Shown in pieces: positions 21,413 through 31,757 of a stretch of DNA of 64,000 nt. The stretch is from a virus (taxonomy: Duplodnaviria > Caudoviricetes): IMG/VR virus record IMGVR_UViG_3300018494_000083. The stretch is one strand, 5' to 3'. The number at the start of each line of letters is the position of its first letter. The first letter of the stretch is position 1. Made by a program: the position numbers and the translations under genes. The notes under the pieces were generated by a model. That model was not told the origin of the DNA. It made no database searches and saw only the letters and a program-made list of their open reading frames with translations.

Positions 21413-22924
21413 TTACATTAAACTTAGAAACCTCAAATATTCAGACACAGCAATATCAATATCAACCTGAATAGGCATTCCGTACATTTCTGGATTCTCA
21501 TAGTCACAATACTCGATAGGCGTATTAATGAGCATCGCTATATTTCTCAATACAGGATTATTCTCAGTTTCCATTCCCATAGAATACTGTTTCATGAGCT
21601 TCTGGAATTTAGGTGACTGTTCGATCTTCTTCAATTGCTTTGTGGAGATCTTGCGTCGCTTAATAGTCTTACTCAAGTTACCAGTCATAATCTGGTTGAT
21701 GTAGATGAATCCCATATTCTTCATAATTTTCTTAAAGATAATCATGAGACGAATATAGTATTTCTTACTGATTGTCTTGAGATCATAATAACCACCGAAG
21801 TACTTAGCAAAGAACTGAAGGATTGTATCACTGAATGTGAAACTCTTCAAATGCTCTTTGTAATAAGCAATCTCATCTGGTTCGATGTGTACTTTAAAGC
21901 GTCGCTCAATCTTCTTAATTGTCTCCTTGATGTTTACCGAGGAGATAACAATATCAAGGTCACTTATGCGGGCATTATTAGCCTCGAGTTTCTCAAGACC
22001 GCTAAGTTCATCAGTCTTCGAACTAGTGGAAATATCACAATAGTCATATTTATCCTTGGCTAACAATGTTTGACGAATCTGATAGGGGACTGCTACCTGA
22101 ATGAGGAAGATGAAGTTCTTCTTGAAGATAGCCTTCGGAAGAAGATCAACCACGACAGCAGCAATCAATCTATCAGTATAAATGGTTGGGGTGAGTTTCT
22201 TGTTTCGTGCTCTGTTCCAAAGAGTCTTATCGGATGTACGAGTCTCAGTAAGATGACTGTTTACTGTAACTGCCAACTTATTAAAGAGCTCGGAATCTCC
22301 CTGGAAGAGCGGGAAGTAGCTAGCAAAAACTTGATAAAGATAATCCTTAATGGTGGTTTCATTTTCACCACGAATTCTCGCAAGCTCTGCCATTCGTTCA
22401 TTATTCACATAGTAATAGTGACATACCACAGGGATAGTCAACTTATATGCTATGGACAATGCCATCAATGCTTTTCCATGTTCATTTAAGAACTGAAGTG
22501 CGTGAAGGTCAATATCCTTAACCTCGTCACTAGGACTGAGGTCGATAGAATAGTAATCTTCAACCATCTCAAATATCTTCTCGATCACACTATCAGTTAA
22601 GAGCAACTCAGCAATATCACTGAGGAATGTCTTATATGAGTAGTGAATATTTTGGTTATCGATCTGATACTTGATGCAAAGAAGTCCAGTTAAGAATTCT
22701 TTGTCAGGGTCATATAACTTGAAGAAAGTGTTAGCATATCTACACACAGAATCCAAATTCTTACTATATGCCGACTTGGTAATAATAAAGTTATTCAGAT
22801 CAGGAGAATCTTGCTCAAAACACTTATCAAATGTAACGATGACATTCTTACCGTTCTTCTTATATATGGCAGGTTTCACTTCGGTATTTTCAGCATCGAT
22901 GTTTGGTAATTCATCTAAATGCAT
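21413..22924 (-). CDS. 503-aa conserved jumbo-phage protein; candidate sigma-like promoter-specificity subunit of non-virion RNAP
   Basis: Clear ORF with RBS; function inferred only from size and proximity to the chaperonin, as for AR9 gp226/gp228. Confidence 0.4.
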   Translation of the reverse strand: MHLDELPNIDAENTEVKPAIYKKNGKNVIVTFDKCFEQDSPDLNNFIITKSAYSKNLDSVCRYANTFFKLYDPDKEFLTGLLCIKYQIDNQNIHYSYKTFLSDIAELLLTDSVIEKIFEMVEDYYSIDLSPSDEVKDIDLHALQFLNEHGKALMALSIAYKLTIPVVCHYYYVNNERMAELARIRGENETTIKDYLYQVFASYFPLFQGDSELFNKLAVTVNSHLTETRTSDKTLWNRARNKKLTPTIYTDRLIAAVVVDLLPKAIFKKNFIFLIQVAVPYQIRQTLLAKDKYDYCDISTSSKTDELSGLEKLEANNARISDLDIVISSVNIKETIKKIERRFKVHIEPDEIAYYKEHLKSFTFSDTILQFFAKYFGGYYDLKTISKKYYIRLMIIFKKIMKNMGFIYINQIMTGNLSKTIKRRKISTKQLKKIEQSPKFQKLMKQYSMGMETENNPVLRNIAMLINTPIEYCDYENPEMYGMPIQVDIDIAVSEYLRFLSLM

Positions 22925-22940
22925 ACCTAGTCACCTGCCT

Positions 22941-23597
22941 TTAAGGATTTACTTTTGTTCTGAATTCAAAAATCTTTAAGCATACCGCATTAAGTTCACG
23001 ATAGAACTCATCGATATTGCTGATGTTTACGGGTCCATGACTATGAGTAGAAATGGACATGTAATTCTTTCTGATGATGAGGTGATCTCCTTGTTTGATA
23101 ATATCTTCTTCATCAATAAACTCTCCAATGGTAAAGATATCATCGGGATGAATATTGCGAGATTTCTCGTATCTTACTCGGATCGACTTCTCATCGAAAG
23201 AAGGATGCATAACAGAGTCAATGAAAGAATCCCAATTGGAATCCATCATCGACACAAACTTTTCATCATGAAGACCGGAGAATCTCGTACGATACTTTTC
23301 AAGATACTCTGCCTTAAGATCCTTGGCAGGATACATGATAATCTTGCAGACATCCTTGAGTGCTTCTCTTACTTCTTGATGTGTAGAAACGAAGACAATA
23401 TCATGAGTCTTAACGGCTTCCATAATATGTGCTACGTAATTATTCGGAAAGTCAGGATTGACTACTTTCTCTCCAGCATCATTGATAATCCATTTAAACT
23501 TGGAACTATCACTGTCTGAATAAGAAAGTCCGTAGGTTTTCATTGTGGTGTGAAGAGTCTTACCCATTCCTGGGAAAGCTGAAATGATGATTCCCAT
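22941..23597 (-). CDS. P-loop NTPase/kinase-like protein
   Basis: N-terminal Walker A IISAFPGMGKT. Confidence 0.65.
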   Translation of the reverse strand: MGIIISAFPGMGKTLHTTMKTYGLSYSDSDSSKFKWIINDAGEKVVNPDFPNNYVAHIMEAVKTHDIVFVSTHQEVREALKDVCKIIMYPAKDLKAEYLEKYRTRFSGLHDEKFVSMMDSNWDSFIDSVMHPSFDEKSIRVRYEKSRNIHPDDIFTIGEFIDEEDIIKQGDHLIIRKNYMSISTHSHGPVNISNIDEFYRELNAVCLKIFEFRTKVNP

Positions 23598-23600
23598 AGT

Positions 23601-24362
23601 TTAGATCCTTTTCACTTTCTTAGTAGTTTTCGTGGTTTTGGTTCGTGCTGTTGTTTTTACATTTTTGGTTGTTGGTGCTTGTTTAACACCTGGTTCATCG
23701 GTTTCGCCTTTATCTTTATTTTTTGGATGCTTAATGGCATTCTTTCGTCTCTGCATCTCCTGCAACTTAGCGAGTTTATTAAGATCCTTCTGAGCCTTAC
23801 GATTCTTTCTCAGAGATTCAGCATGTTGAACCGCCTTGTATAACTCAGGGAAATTCTTATATCCAACAATATGCTGGAGATTAAGAAGATTTGTATATCC
23901 ATTAGTTATTACATGGTGGAGAGCTGCAAATACTGAGAAATCGTAAGATAGAATTGCATATGGGTTTTTCGCACCCGCAATCTCATCAAACATCTGAGAT
24001 GAGATCTTCTTTTTAAACTCTTTAGCCAATAGTCCAGACTTATCATATGCAAAAGCGTATGTATATAAGAAGGACGGAGAGTTGGAGAAAATCTGCATAT
24101 CCATACCTTCAACTCCAACACCAGTTGATTTGTCATTTGGTTTAAAGGTAAGTACAATGTCATAGTGAATCCCCTCTACCGAGGAGGGGATTCTGACATG
24201 AATAAAGACAGCTCCAGTAGGAGCCAAATATGATGAACAAAGTACCCTCTTAGCAATCTCGTTGTACCGAGGAATAAACTTTTCCTTGATAGCATTGATA
24301 TTTAAGAAGGTTGCACCTTTACCTGCAGGGTTATTATAGAATTCACGGATAAAGAATGCCAT
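23601..24362 (-). CDS. Hypothetical protein with Lys/Thr-rich basic tail
   Basis: GAGGTG RBS; operon context. Confidence 0.7.
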   Translation of the reverse strand: MAFFIREFYNNPAGKGATFLNINAIKEKFIPRYNEIAKRVLCSSYLAPTGAVFIHVRIPSSVEGIHYDIVLTFKPNDKSTGVGVEGMDMQIFSNSPSFLYTYAFAYDKSGLLAKEFKKKISSQMFDEIAGAKNPYAILSYDFSVFAALHHVITNGYTNLLNLQHIVGYKNFPELYKAVQHAESLRKNRKAQKDLNKLAKLQEMQRRKNAIKHPKNKDKGETDEPGVKQAPTTKNVKTTARTKTTKTTKKVKRI

Positions 24363-24376
24363 ATTACACCTCGTTA

Positions 24377-26083
24377 TTAATCGTTAAGAGTATATCCCTT
24401 AGATACGATATCAAACTCATTGTTACCTCTTGTGGACAGGAATGCCTTAGAAGTAGCAAGAAGAGCCGCCATATCTGTAGCAAAGGTAAGAATTGCTATG
24501 TCTGTATGAGCCGAGTTAACGACATCAGTTGTGTCATTCTCACGAATATTCATAGGAACATAGCCGTTTTTCTCAAAGTGCTCAAGCACTTGGCATCTTG
24601 CTTCATCTTCACTACCACACTTGTTTGCTACAAGCTGGATGAACATATCCTCATAAGAGTCAATGATTGCACAAAGGATAAGTGCACGAAGATCATTCTT
24701 CTCGTCCTTAAGAAGTTCTGTAACGATTCTGGGAACGATCGTGTTACAGCCGGGGACGATGCCGTGTTTCATACAAGAGATAGCCTGAGGAATTCCGTCG
24801 TTTGCAAGTTCATAGTTGATGCTCTTTCTCTGAGGAGATGCACCGCCTACATAGAACTTAGCATAGTGTCTCGATAAGAATGCCTTTCTATCTTCAAGTT
24901 CGGAAATTGTATTGTTGTGAGCACTGCTATCCTGTTTAAGATCTTCAATCTTTGCAAGGATATCATCAAGACGAGCCTGAAGAGCCTGCTCATTGGTGTG
25001 AGGATTGTTGAATCTTGCACAGAACTCTGTCAAGAGAGCCTTATCACACCCGCCAGCACAAGCATCAATAGTTTTCATCATGATTGCAGTGGTAGACCAC
25101 TTCTTGGTAGTATCACTGTCTACGGGGGTAGCACCAAGAGTAGCACAAAGATCAAGGAACTCATCAGCAGCAGATGTTAATCTTGTCTGGAAGATAGGAC
25201 ATCTACTGATAGTTCCCTGAATTGCTGTAGAGTTGAGCTGAATAATTGTATTCTGAAGAATTTCAGAGATGCCGGTTGCAATGATAATGAACGAAGTGTC
25301 AGATCTCATTGCTTCATTACACAGCTCCATATATCTTTCAGGAGAGAGTTCGAGACGACCATTGATAATCAGTACTCTAGGATTATCATAGTTACGTCTG
25401 GAAAATCCCTCGAAGAATACATCGGAACAAATAACCGTGCCATCAATCTCTGCACCCTTTACAAGGTCATAGCTATGAGACTCGGTTGTAGAATTCTCGA
25501 TAATTACAAGAGGATCTACGCAGTTGAGTTCCTCGAAAAGCTTACAAAGAATATCAGTAAGCTCATCATCACCATCGACAGATGTATGGATTACGCTGCG
25601 AAGTTTCTTGAAGTTAATGATGGGATTGTTCTCCGCATCATAAGTAACGATCTGTTCTGCACTGTCTTCAAGAAGTGCATTGATTCCGTCGATAACAACT
25701 TTGAGCTCTTTCTGAAATACAGAAGGAGACACATTCTTAGTCTTGATAATCTCACGGAATGCATTATAGAGTTTACAAAGCAAGAGAATAGTAGTTGTGG
25801 AACCATCTCCAACTTCTTCAACCTGTTTATCAGCAACAGAAGTAATGGATCTGTGTACTGCAGATGCAATAGATCCACTGATGCTGATTCTCGACAAGAT
25901 AGTTTTACCATCTTTAGTTGCTTCAGGACGTACCTGGTTGTCGATGAGAATGTGTGATCCATAAGGACCATAACACTCTTTCATAATATTATAGATCTCT
26001 TTGAGAGCAATCTTGATAGTATTATGAAGATATGTCTCAGAGGCGATATTGTCTCTGAATAACTGGATATCATTCCCCGTCAT
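24377..26083 (-). CDS. groEL: Phage chaperonin (GroEL/Cpn60-TCP1 family)
   Basis: YGPYG, TKDGKTI, VGDGSTTT, GIVPGC, VVNSA motifs; 568 aa. Confidence 0.9.
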   Translation of the reverse strand: MTGNDIQLFRDNIASETYLHNTIKIALKEIYNIMKECYGPYGSHILIDNQVRPEATKDGKTILSRISISGSIASAVHRSITSVADKQVEEVGDGSTTTILLLCKLYNAFREIIKTKNVSPSVFQKELKVVIDGINALLEDSAEQIVTYDAENNPIINFKKLRSVIHTSVDGDDELTDILCKLFEELNCVDPLVIIENSTTESHSYDLVKGAEIDGTVICSDVFFEGFSRRNYDNPRVLIINGRLELSPERYMELCNEAMRSDTSFIIIATGISEILQNTIIQLNSTAIQGTISRCPIFQTRLTSAADEFLDLCATLGATPVDSDTTKKWSTTAIMMKTIDACAGGCDKALLTEFCARFNNPHTNEQALQARLDDILAKIEDLKQDSSAHNNTISELEDRKAFLSRHYAKFYVGGASPQRKSINYELANDGIPQAISCMKHGIVPGCNTIVPRIVTELLKDEKNDLRALILCAIIDSYEDMFIQLVANKCGSEDEARCQVLEHFEKNGYVPMNIRENDTTDVVNSAHTDIAILTFATDMAALLATSKAFLSTRGNNEFDIVSKGYTLND

Positions 26084-26786
26084 CGGTTGCTTCCTCCTCG
26101 GTTATAAAATCATCTGATTGGAAATTGAATAACTTCACTGCACCAATATCAATCATTGTTCGACCTGTGATATTGCGATATTTACGCATCACATGCATAT
26201 TAAGCTCTTCATCATACTTGTAATTGTACCCAAGTACGGATACAAAGATTGTCGTATTCTCGAAGTTAATTCGCCCGTCTTTTGTGAGTTTATCAAGGAG
26301 ATCAATATCTCCAATCACAAGACAAGTAAACTTCGATACAATGAGCTTCTTAACAAGCTCCTCATAAGATCCATCATACCAATCTTTTTTGTATTGGGCT
26401 GGATCTGGATACTGAAGCTTGGTGTAGTCAAATGGATATAGGATTGTGATATTCTGACCGAAACTTTGTTTATGTAATACATCAAGTATTGTATAAACCT
26501 CGGTCTCAGGAGCCACATCATAATACAGTGGATAGTTTTCACGGAGCATATCATCTACAGTATTCTCACTGATCTCATGAAGTGCTGCTAAACTTTTCTC
26601 CTCTCTTACAGCAAGTGCGTAAAGAAGTTCATGAAAAGTAATTTCTCCATCAAAGTGTTCGATAGAAGCAAGAATGTCTGCCTCAAGAGGCATATCAACA
26701 AATTTCAATGTATTGTGAGGAAGTACTACAACACGTTCATTACGCATTATTGTACTCTCTGTTGTATTCGCATTTGGGATTGACAT
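26070..26786 (-). CDS. Hypothetical protein (238 aa)
   Basis: GAGG RBS; overlaps chaperonin start. Confidence 0.7.
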   Translation of the reverse strand: MSIPNANTTESTIMRNERVVVLPHNTLKFVDMPLEADILASIEHFDGEITFHELLYALAVREEKSLAALHEISENTVDDMLRENYPLYYDVAPETEVYTILDVLHKQSFGQNITILYPFDYTKLQYPDPAQYKKDWYDGSYEELVKKLIVSKFTCLVIGDIDLLDKLTKDGRINFENTTIFVSVLGYNYKYDEELNMHVMRKYRNITGRTMIDIGAVKLFNFQSDDFITEEEATDDGE

Positions 26787-26852
26787 AATTACCTCTCATA
26801 AAAAATAAATGATATAAGGACGATTTCCGTCCTTATATCATTCGTGTGTAAA

Positions 26853-27626
26853 TTACATATTGTCAAGCTCGCTCATGAGATCATCAGTGTTGACACTTCT
26901 GGTCCCTGCATCGCCGGTAGGATTGGTGGGAGATACACCCTTGTTAGCCCAACCTGCATTGCCATTGAAGCGATAGTTGTCATTCTGAATGCCGAGCTTA
27001 TCCATGATCTGGAGCTGACGGCTCATCATACGGTTGAAGTCGAATGCCATCTCCTTCTTGTATACATGTGCAGAAGCATTGGAAGTTGCCTTTGCAAATT
27101 CAGAAAGCTGGTCGATAAAGTACTCAATATCAGTATCGACAAAAGATTCATTATAGGTACCTTCATTTCTGTCATAGGAAAGAAGAACCTTATCGTTGGA
27201 GAACTGGAATACATCGTATGTCTCAGTCTTCTTATCAGCGCCGATGTCGGAATAGATGGTAATGGTGATACCTGCGTTGAATCCGAATGCGGAACCGTCC
27301 GAAACCTCGATCAGGTTAGCACCGGAAGAGATAGCCATAGGCTCAAACTCATTGCCTTCCTGAACATAGTTGCGTGCCTTCTTAAGAACCTTTGCCAGGG
27401 TCTTAGCAGCCTTAGCCTTGAGATAGATCTCCAGTCCACTCTTGTAGTCATACTTAGAGCCAGTGCTCTGCATGTTCTCGGGAAGAGTGCTATGAATAGA
27501 GACAACGATAGAAGACTCAAGATAACGAGTCGACATTGCCTTCTGTACACCCTTCAGACCAGTACCGTAATACTGGACGCCGTTTGTTACTACGAGCTTT
27601 TTGGAAGTAGTAGGATTTCCTGCCAT
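26853..27626 (-). CDS. Hypothetical protein, possibly ssDNA-binding protein
   Basis: Start moved to ATG 27626 (AAGGAG RBS; late promoter at 27660-27671); high-expression codon bias; acidic tail DDLMSELDNM. Confidence 0.5.
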   Translation of the reverse strand: MAGNPTTSKKLVVTNGVQYYGTGLKGVQKAMSTRYLESSIVVSIHSTLPENMQSTGSKYDYKSGLEIYLKAKAAKTLAKVLKKARNYVQEGNEFEPMAISSGANLIEVSDGSAFGFNAGITITIYSDIGADKKTETYDVFQFSNDKVLLSYDRNEGTYNESFVDTDIEYFIDQLSEFAKATSNASAHVYKKEMAFDFNRMMSRQLQIMDKLGIQNDNYRFNGNAGWANKGVSPTNPTGDAGTRSVNTDDLMSELDNM

Positions 27627-27807
27627 AGTGTTTAACTCCTTTAAATTATAATAATTGAGTATTAGATTGTTCAAAAATGTATCATTTCCTATTTTTTATG
27701 TAAGGAATGATACACATTTTGATACTCACTAATATAGTATATAAGTCTTTTAAGATATGAAAAATCGGTGATAGGAATTTCTTCCTATCACCTTATTTAA
27801 ATATATA

Positions 27808-28413
27808 TTACTTGGGATGATTTTCCATATATGCATCTCCAAGCCGCGTAGCAGAGCCTTCAAACCAAATATCGTCATATTCGGTCTTAACTGGCTTACC
27901 CATTTTGTACAGAAGCGTACGATAACCTGCTCGAATCAAACTCGGAATGCCAACGATAATAGGCATAAAGGGACCGAGGATGCAGTTCTGAAGGGCATGA
28001 CCCAGTTCATGGTTCTTTGTATGGACACCGCTAGTCTCTGACACAATGGAGAAATAACCAAGGTTAATTCCTCCCCAAGACTTACCAACGGTCACGATAT
28101 AGCATGGTCCATGTTTTTCAATCTTCTTCTTGGCGAGTTTAAAAATGCCGACTACGATTGCACCAATGACAGTCATAAGTAGACCCCAGGAGAATGATAG
28201 CGTGGTGATCGTTCTTTCACCAGCCTTTGTGGTTACCCATGTTTCGACATTGATGATTACTCTTTCTGCAAACTGAGATACTTTCTTCCATGCATCCTTA
28301 GCGATTTCACATGCATGCTTCGCAATGATCTTACAGCCACTAGCAAAAGACTTAGCGAGTTCGACCACCTTGGCACCCCATCGTTTACAAAAGTTTTTGA
28401 TCTTTAAAAGCAT
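27808..28413 (-). CDS. Membrane protein with HExxH zincin-like motif
   Basis: Hydrophobic segments; HELGHALQ and downstream WFEGSA. Confidence 0.65.
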   Translation of the reverse strand: MLLKIKNFCKRWGAKVVELAKSFASGCKIIAKHACEIAKDAWKKVSQFAERVIINVETWVTTKAGERTITTLSFSWGLLMTVIGAIVVGIFKLAKKKIEKHGPCYIVTVGKSWGGINLGYFSIVSETSGVHTKNHELGHALQNCILGPFMPIIVGIPSLIRAGYRTLLYKMGKPVKTEYDDIWFEGSATRLGDAYMENHPK

Positions 28414-28539
28414 ATTTTATATCCTCCTTTCAAAGATTATATTTATGTTATTAAATAGAATCATAAAGAAGGGTTATTTTTACGGACAAGAAAAGAGCAT
28501 ACCCCTTTCGAGGTATGCTCCATGGTTGGATACTCATCG

Positions 28540-29514
28540 TTACTTCTGAAGGATGCACTCTTTCGTGGAGAATCCTGCTGCCCCTTTGTGACCTCCACCG
28601 CCGTATTTCGCGGCGATTTCCGAACAGTCAACCTCGCCATTACTCGAGTAGAGTGAGTAGCTCCATACATCTCCATTATATGCGAACACACAACATAACG
28701 GGTATTCATGGTACGCGTTGCCAAAAACCCAACTATTCGTTTTCCTGTTAACACAGATGCACGGCATTCCGAATACATCCGAGACGAAACTATAGTGTTT
28801 GAAGTATGAACGATTTTCACAGTCGATATATTTTTTAGCTACCTGTCCTTCCCGAATCAACGAGTAGATAGTGTAGGTATTCTCAATCGGGATGTTATAA
28901 CCTAAGTCATATCCCTGTTCAAGGAACGCATCACCGATCAGTTTCTTATACAGTTCTGAGTCGGGGGTATTATACTGCATGTCAATTCCGAGCTTCATGT
29001 AGGTGGTATTGTCACCCAACTCGTATTTCCAACAGTCATAATCACTCACATGCTGTACAAAGAGTGGTTCTGTCGTTCCAAAGAGATAATCCCAACAGAG
29101 TGCAGCTCCAGATTTAGACATATCAATTACCATCTTGAGATTGTCAAGATACGACATATCTTTTGTTTCGATGAGCTTTTTGGATGTAAGATGATGGTCA
29201 ATCCAAGTGACTGAGCTTGCCTTTCGACAAATTTCCTCAAGTACAGAGACTGTCTTCTCACTGAAAGAATAGTCGACTATAAATACGACTTCGCCTTCAC
29301 TAACACACGATGGATCGATGCGCCGTGACGCATAGTCGCACTCGATGAATATAGATTTTGTCTCATATTCCCGAAGCAGTTGGCGATCCGTATCAGCGAG
29401 GGACAATTCCCCATAGCTATCGGCAATCTCTCTCAAGAACTGCAATCTCTTGGAAGCGGCAACAATAGCTGCCGATGATCTTCCATCCATGTCATCATGG
29501 TGAAATACTTTCAT
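28540..29514 (-). CDS. DHH/DHHA1 family phosphoesterase
   Basis: HHDDMDG, IVDYS, WIDHH, SDYD, GGGGHKGAAGF. Confidence 0.9.
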   Translation of the reverse strand: MKVFHHDDMDGRSSAAIVAASKRLQFLREIADSYGELSLADTDRQLLREYETKSIFIECDYASRRIDPSCVSEGEVVFIVDYSFSEKTVSVLEEICRKASSVTWIDHHLTSKKLIETKDMSYLDNLKMVIDMSKSGAALCWDYLFGTTEPLFVQHVSDYDCWKYELGDNTTYMKLGIDMQYNTPDSELYKKLIGDAFLEQGYDLGYNIPIENTYTIYSLIREGQVAKKYIDCENRSYFKHYSFVSDVFGMPCICVNRKTNSWVFGNAYHEYPLCCVFAYNGDVWSYSLYSSNGEVDCSEIAAKYGGGGHKGAAGFSTKECILQK

Positions 29515-29592
29515 GTTATTCCTCCGTCGAGTAATAACCCAGATCCACCTATGATATATAAATGTTTCTGGGTTACTATTTTCTTATTGTGA

Positions 29593-29874
29593 TTATTCAG
29601 AATCCTGAGGTTTCTCGATCAGCTTCTCAAGATATCCGAGATATGTAGTAAGGTTGATGATATTACCGGAATGCAGAAGTCTCTGCTCGGTAGTATTTGC
29701 ACCCTTCTCCCATAAACGTTCGTTAGAGATAGTTCCTTCGATTTCAAGAATCTCAGCACTTATCTCCATCTCAGTAAGTTCTTCAACAGACTTATGACCA
29801 GTTCTCTCGAGGAGCTGATCAATCCAAGACTGGATCATTTCATTGTCTGCCAATGGTGCGTTTGCATCAAACAT
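29593..29874 (-). CDS. Hypothetical protein (93 aa)
   Basis: GGAGG RBS. Confidence 0.65.
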   Translation of the reverse strand: MFDANAPLADNEMIQSWIDQLLERTGHKSVEELTEMEISAEILEIEGTISNERLWEKGANTTEQRLLHSGNIINLTTYLGYLEKLIEKPQDSE

Positions 29875-29892
29875 AATGGTCCTCCAATTGAA

Positions 29893-30057
29893 TTATTTCT
29901 TCTTGTTCTTAGACTTATGATCACGATTAACCATCTCGTTATTCTCAAGATGAGGAATCAGATCAGGATTCCATACATAGTTATCTCTACCGGTAGAGTA
30001 AACTACCATTGTGATGATCATAAGAACTACGATAAAACGAGCAAACAATTTTGACAT
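29893..30057 (-). CDS. Small membrane/secreted protein
   Basis: AGGAG RBS before MSKLFARFIVVLMIITMVV. Confidence 0.5.
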   Translation of the reverse strand: MSKLFARFIVVLMIITMVVYSTGRDNYVWNPDLIPHLENNEMVNRDHKSKNKKK

Positions 30058-30114
30058 ATGTGTTTCTCCTGGTACGAAATATCCCACAGGTTTGACCCTG
30101 TGGGAGTTATTTTA

Positions 30115-30312
30115 TTACTCTTTATAAGCGACAAAGAGACCGCAATGACATTCGCCTTCTTCACCGCGGGAAATCTGTTCTCTGAACTCTTTGCACATAC
30201 ACTTAGTGTCCGGTGTCTTATTTAGTCTGCAAGGACAGTATCCGCCGTTCTCACGAAGCTTAGTCTCGATCTCAGTCTTTACTGCTTCATCTTTAGTCTT
30301 TCGAATTTTCAT
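30115..30312 (-). CDS. Ferredoxin-thioredoxin reductase catalytic subunit-like protein
   Basis: CPC...CMC...CHC motif triad. Confidence 0.8.
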   Translation of the reverse strand: MKIRKTKDEAVKTEIETKLRENGGYCPCRLNKTPDTKCMCKEFREQISRGEEGECHCGLFVAYKE

Positions 30313-30366
30313 AATATCACCTCTATCTTAATGATAATATATGAATGTTTCTAGTGGGATATTTTG

Positions 30367-30771
30367 TTAAGCGTAGATAATAAAGGCAGTAGTAGTAAAG
30401 CCGTACCAGTTATCAATAGCCTCGCACTTCAGACCATAGAATTTAGCCCATTCCACCACTACGGTCTCCAAGTCCTTATCGGAAATATATGCATGACAAA
30501 CGAGATACGATTTCTTGTTAGCATCTCTGAGCCAAATAGGATGGTCGAAATATGTGTGGGAACAAGTTACGGGCTTCTCCTTGGTGTGCGTTCTGTGGCT
30601 TCCGGTCTTAAGAATGCGAGGAACATCAACGTGATCTACAGTTGATGCATAACTGTATTCAACGAGACCATACTTCTCGAACACCTTCTTAGCATTCTCG
30701 GTATTGAATTGAGTACCCTGGCTGAACTTGAGTTCATCGTTTTCATAAATCGGCTTGAAATGAGTAATCAT
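30367..30771 (-). CDS. Hypothetical protein
   Basis: AGGAG RBS before ATG 30771. Confidence 0.6.
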   Translation of the reverse strand: MITHFKPIYENDELKFSQGTQFNTENAKKVFEKYGLVEYSYASTVDHVDVPRILKTGSHRTHTKEKPVTCSHTYFDHPIWLRDANKKSYLVCHAYISDKDLETVVVEWAKFYGLKCEAIDNWYGFTTTAFIIYA

Positions 30772-30784
30772 GATTTTATTCTCC

Positions 30785-31192
30785 TTATCTAATTCTTGTT
30801 TGAAATGCGACACAATTTTTTGCCCAGATTACCTGTAATCTTGATACCATGGTAAAGTATGAATAATGACCATTACCATCATCGAATAAGGCAACATATG
30901 CCTTCTTATATTTGAATATCCATGTACGATATCCCATATTGGGTGCATATGTGACAACATGCATATTCTCTACACCGGATAATGTATCATCATTTCCGAT
31001 AAGTTCAATCAATTCAATTGTGTCACGATATTTCTGTTTGATTGATGAATCTTTAGGGAAATAATGCTTTTTGGATTTACCGTTATCGTTATGAGGTTTT
31101 GTTGAAGTTTGAGGTTGTGATCGTTTCATGAATTCAATCTCTCTTTCAAATGCTTTTTGATCTTGTGTGATGATACACGTTCTAAATCTCAT
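30785..31192 (-). CDS. Hypothetical protein
   Basis: AGGAG RBS. Confidence 0.6.
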   Translation of the reverse strand: MRFRTCIITQDQKAFEREIEFMKRSQPQTSTKPHNDNGKSKKHYFPKDSSIKQKYRDTIELIELIGNDDTLSGVENMHVVTYAPNMGYRTWIFKYKKAYVALFDDGNGHYSYFTMVSRLQVIWAKNCVAFQTRIR

Positions 31193-31265
31193 ATTTCTCC
31201 TTGAATAACAAAAAATCTCCCGTAGGCTTACACCTACGGGAGAAAACTTATTGCTTAGAAATCTC

Positions 31266-31757
31266 TCAAGAGATTACTTCAGCATATTGATTTGGGGATG
31301 CTAACTCAACCCCAAGGATTGAATCTTTTCTTGGCATTTGATCAGGAATAAACCGACCAAACTTAATGATGATATTGGGATAGTCAGATAGTTCAGAGAT
31401 GTAGGAAGCTATCTCATCCTTGTTGTAACCTGTATAGATTACAAATTCATCATTACAACCATGTGAACGGAAATACTTCACAAGTTCTAGAAGTTCGTCA
31501 TAAGTATCAAAAGGTTCAAGACCTCCACAAACTATAGCCTCACTGAGACCATTCTTTTTATATCGTTCATACAAGTTTGAGATGGATACTTGCATTACTG
31601 GAGCATTTGCGAGTTCTGAGTTTTGACAGATATTACAACCGGCTTCTATACAGCATTTGAAGCTGCATTTTGAGAAGCCAAGGAACATTGAGCATTTCTT
31701 ATAGTTCACAAAATCCTCATCCATGAAGTTGACAAGGTTTATAAAGTTTTGACTCAT
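31266..31757 (-). CDS. nrdG: Anaerobic RNR activating protein (radical SAM)
   Basis: CSFKC...C cluster motif, GGLEPFD, IYTGY; directly after nrdD. Confidence 0.85.
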   Translation of the reverse strand: MSQNFINLVNFMDEDFVNYKKCSMFLGFSKCSFKCCIEAGCNICQNSELANAPVMQVSISNLYERYKKNGLSEAIVCGGLEPFDTYDELLELVKYFRSHGCNDEFVIYTGYNKDEIASYISELSDYPNIIIKFGRFIPDQMPRKDSILGVELASPNQYAEVIS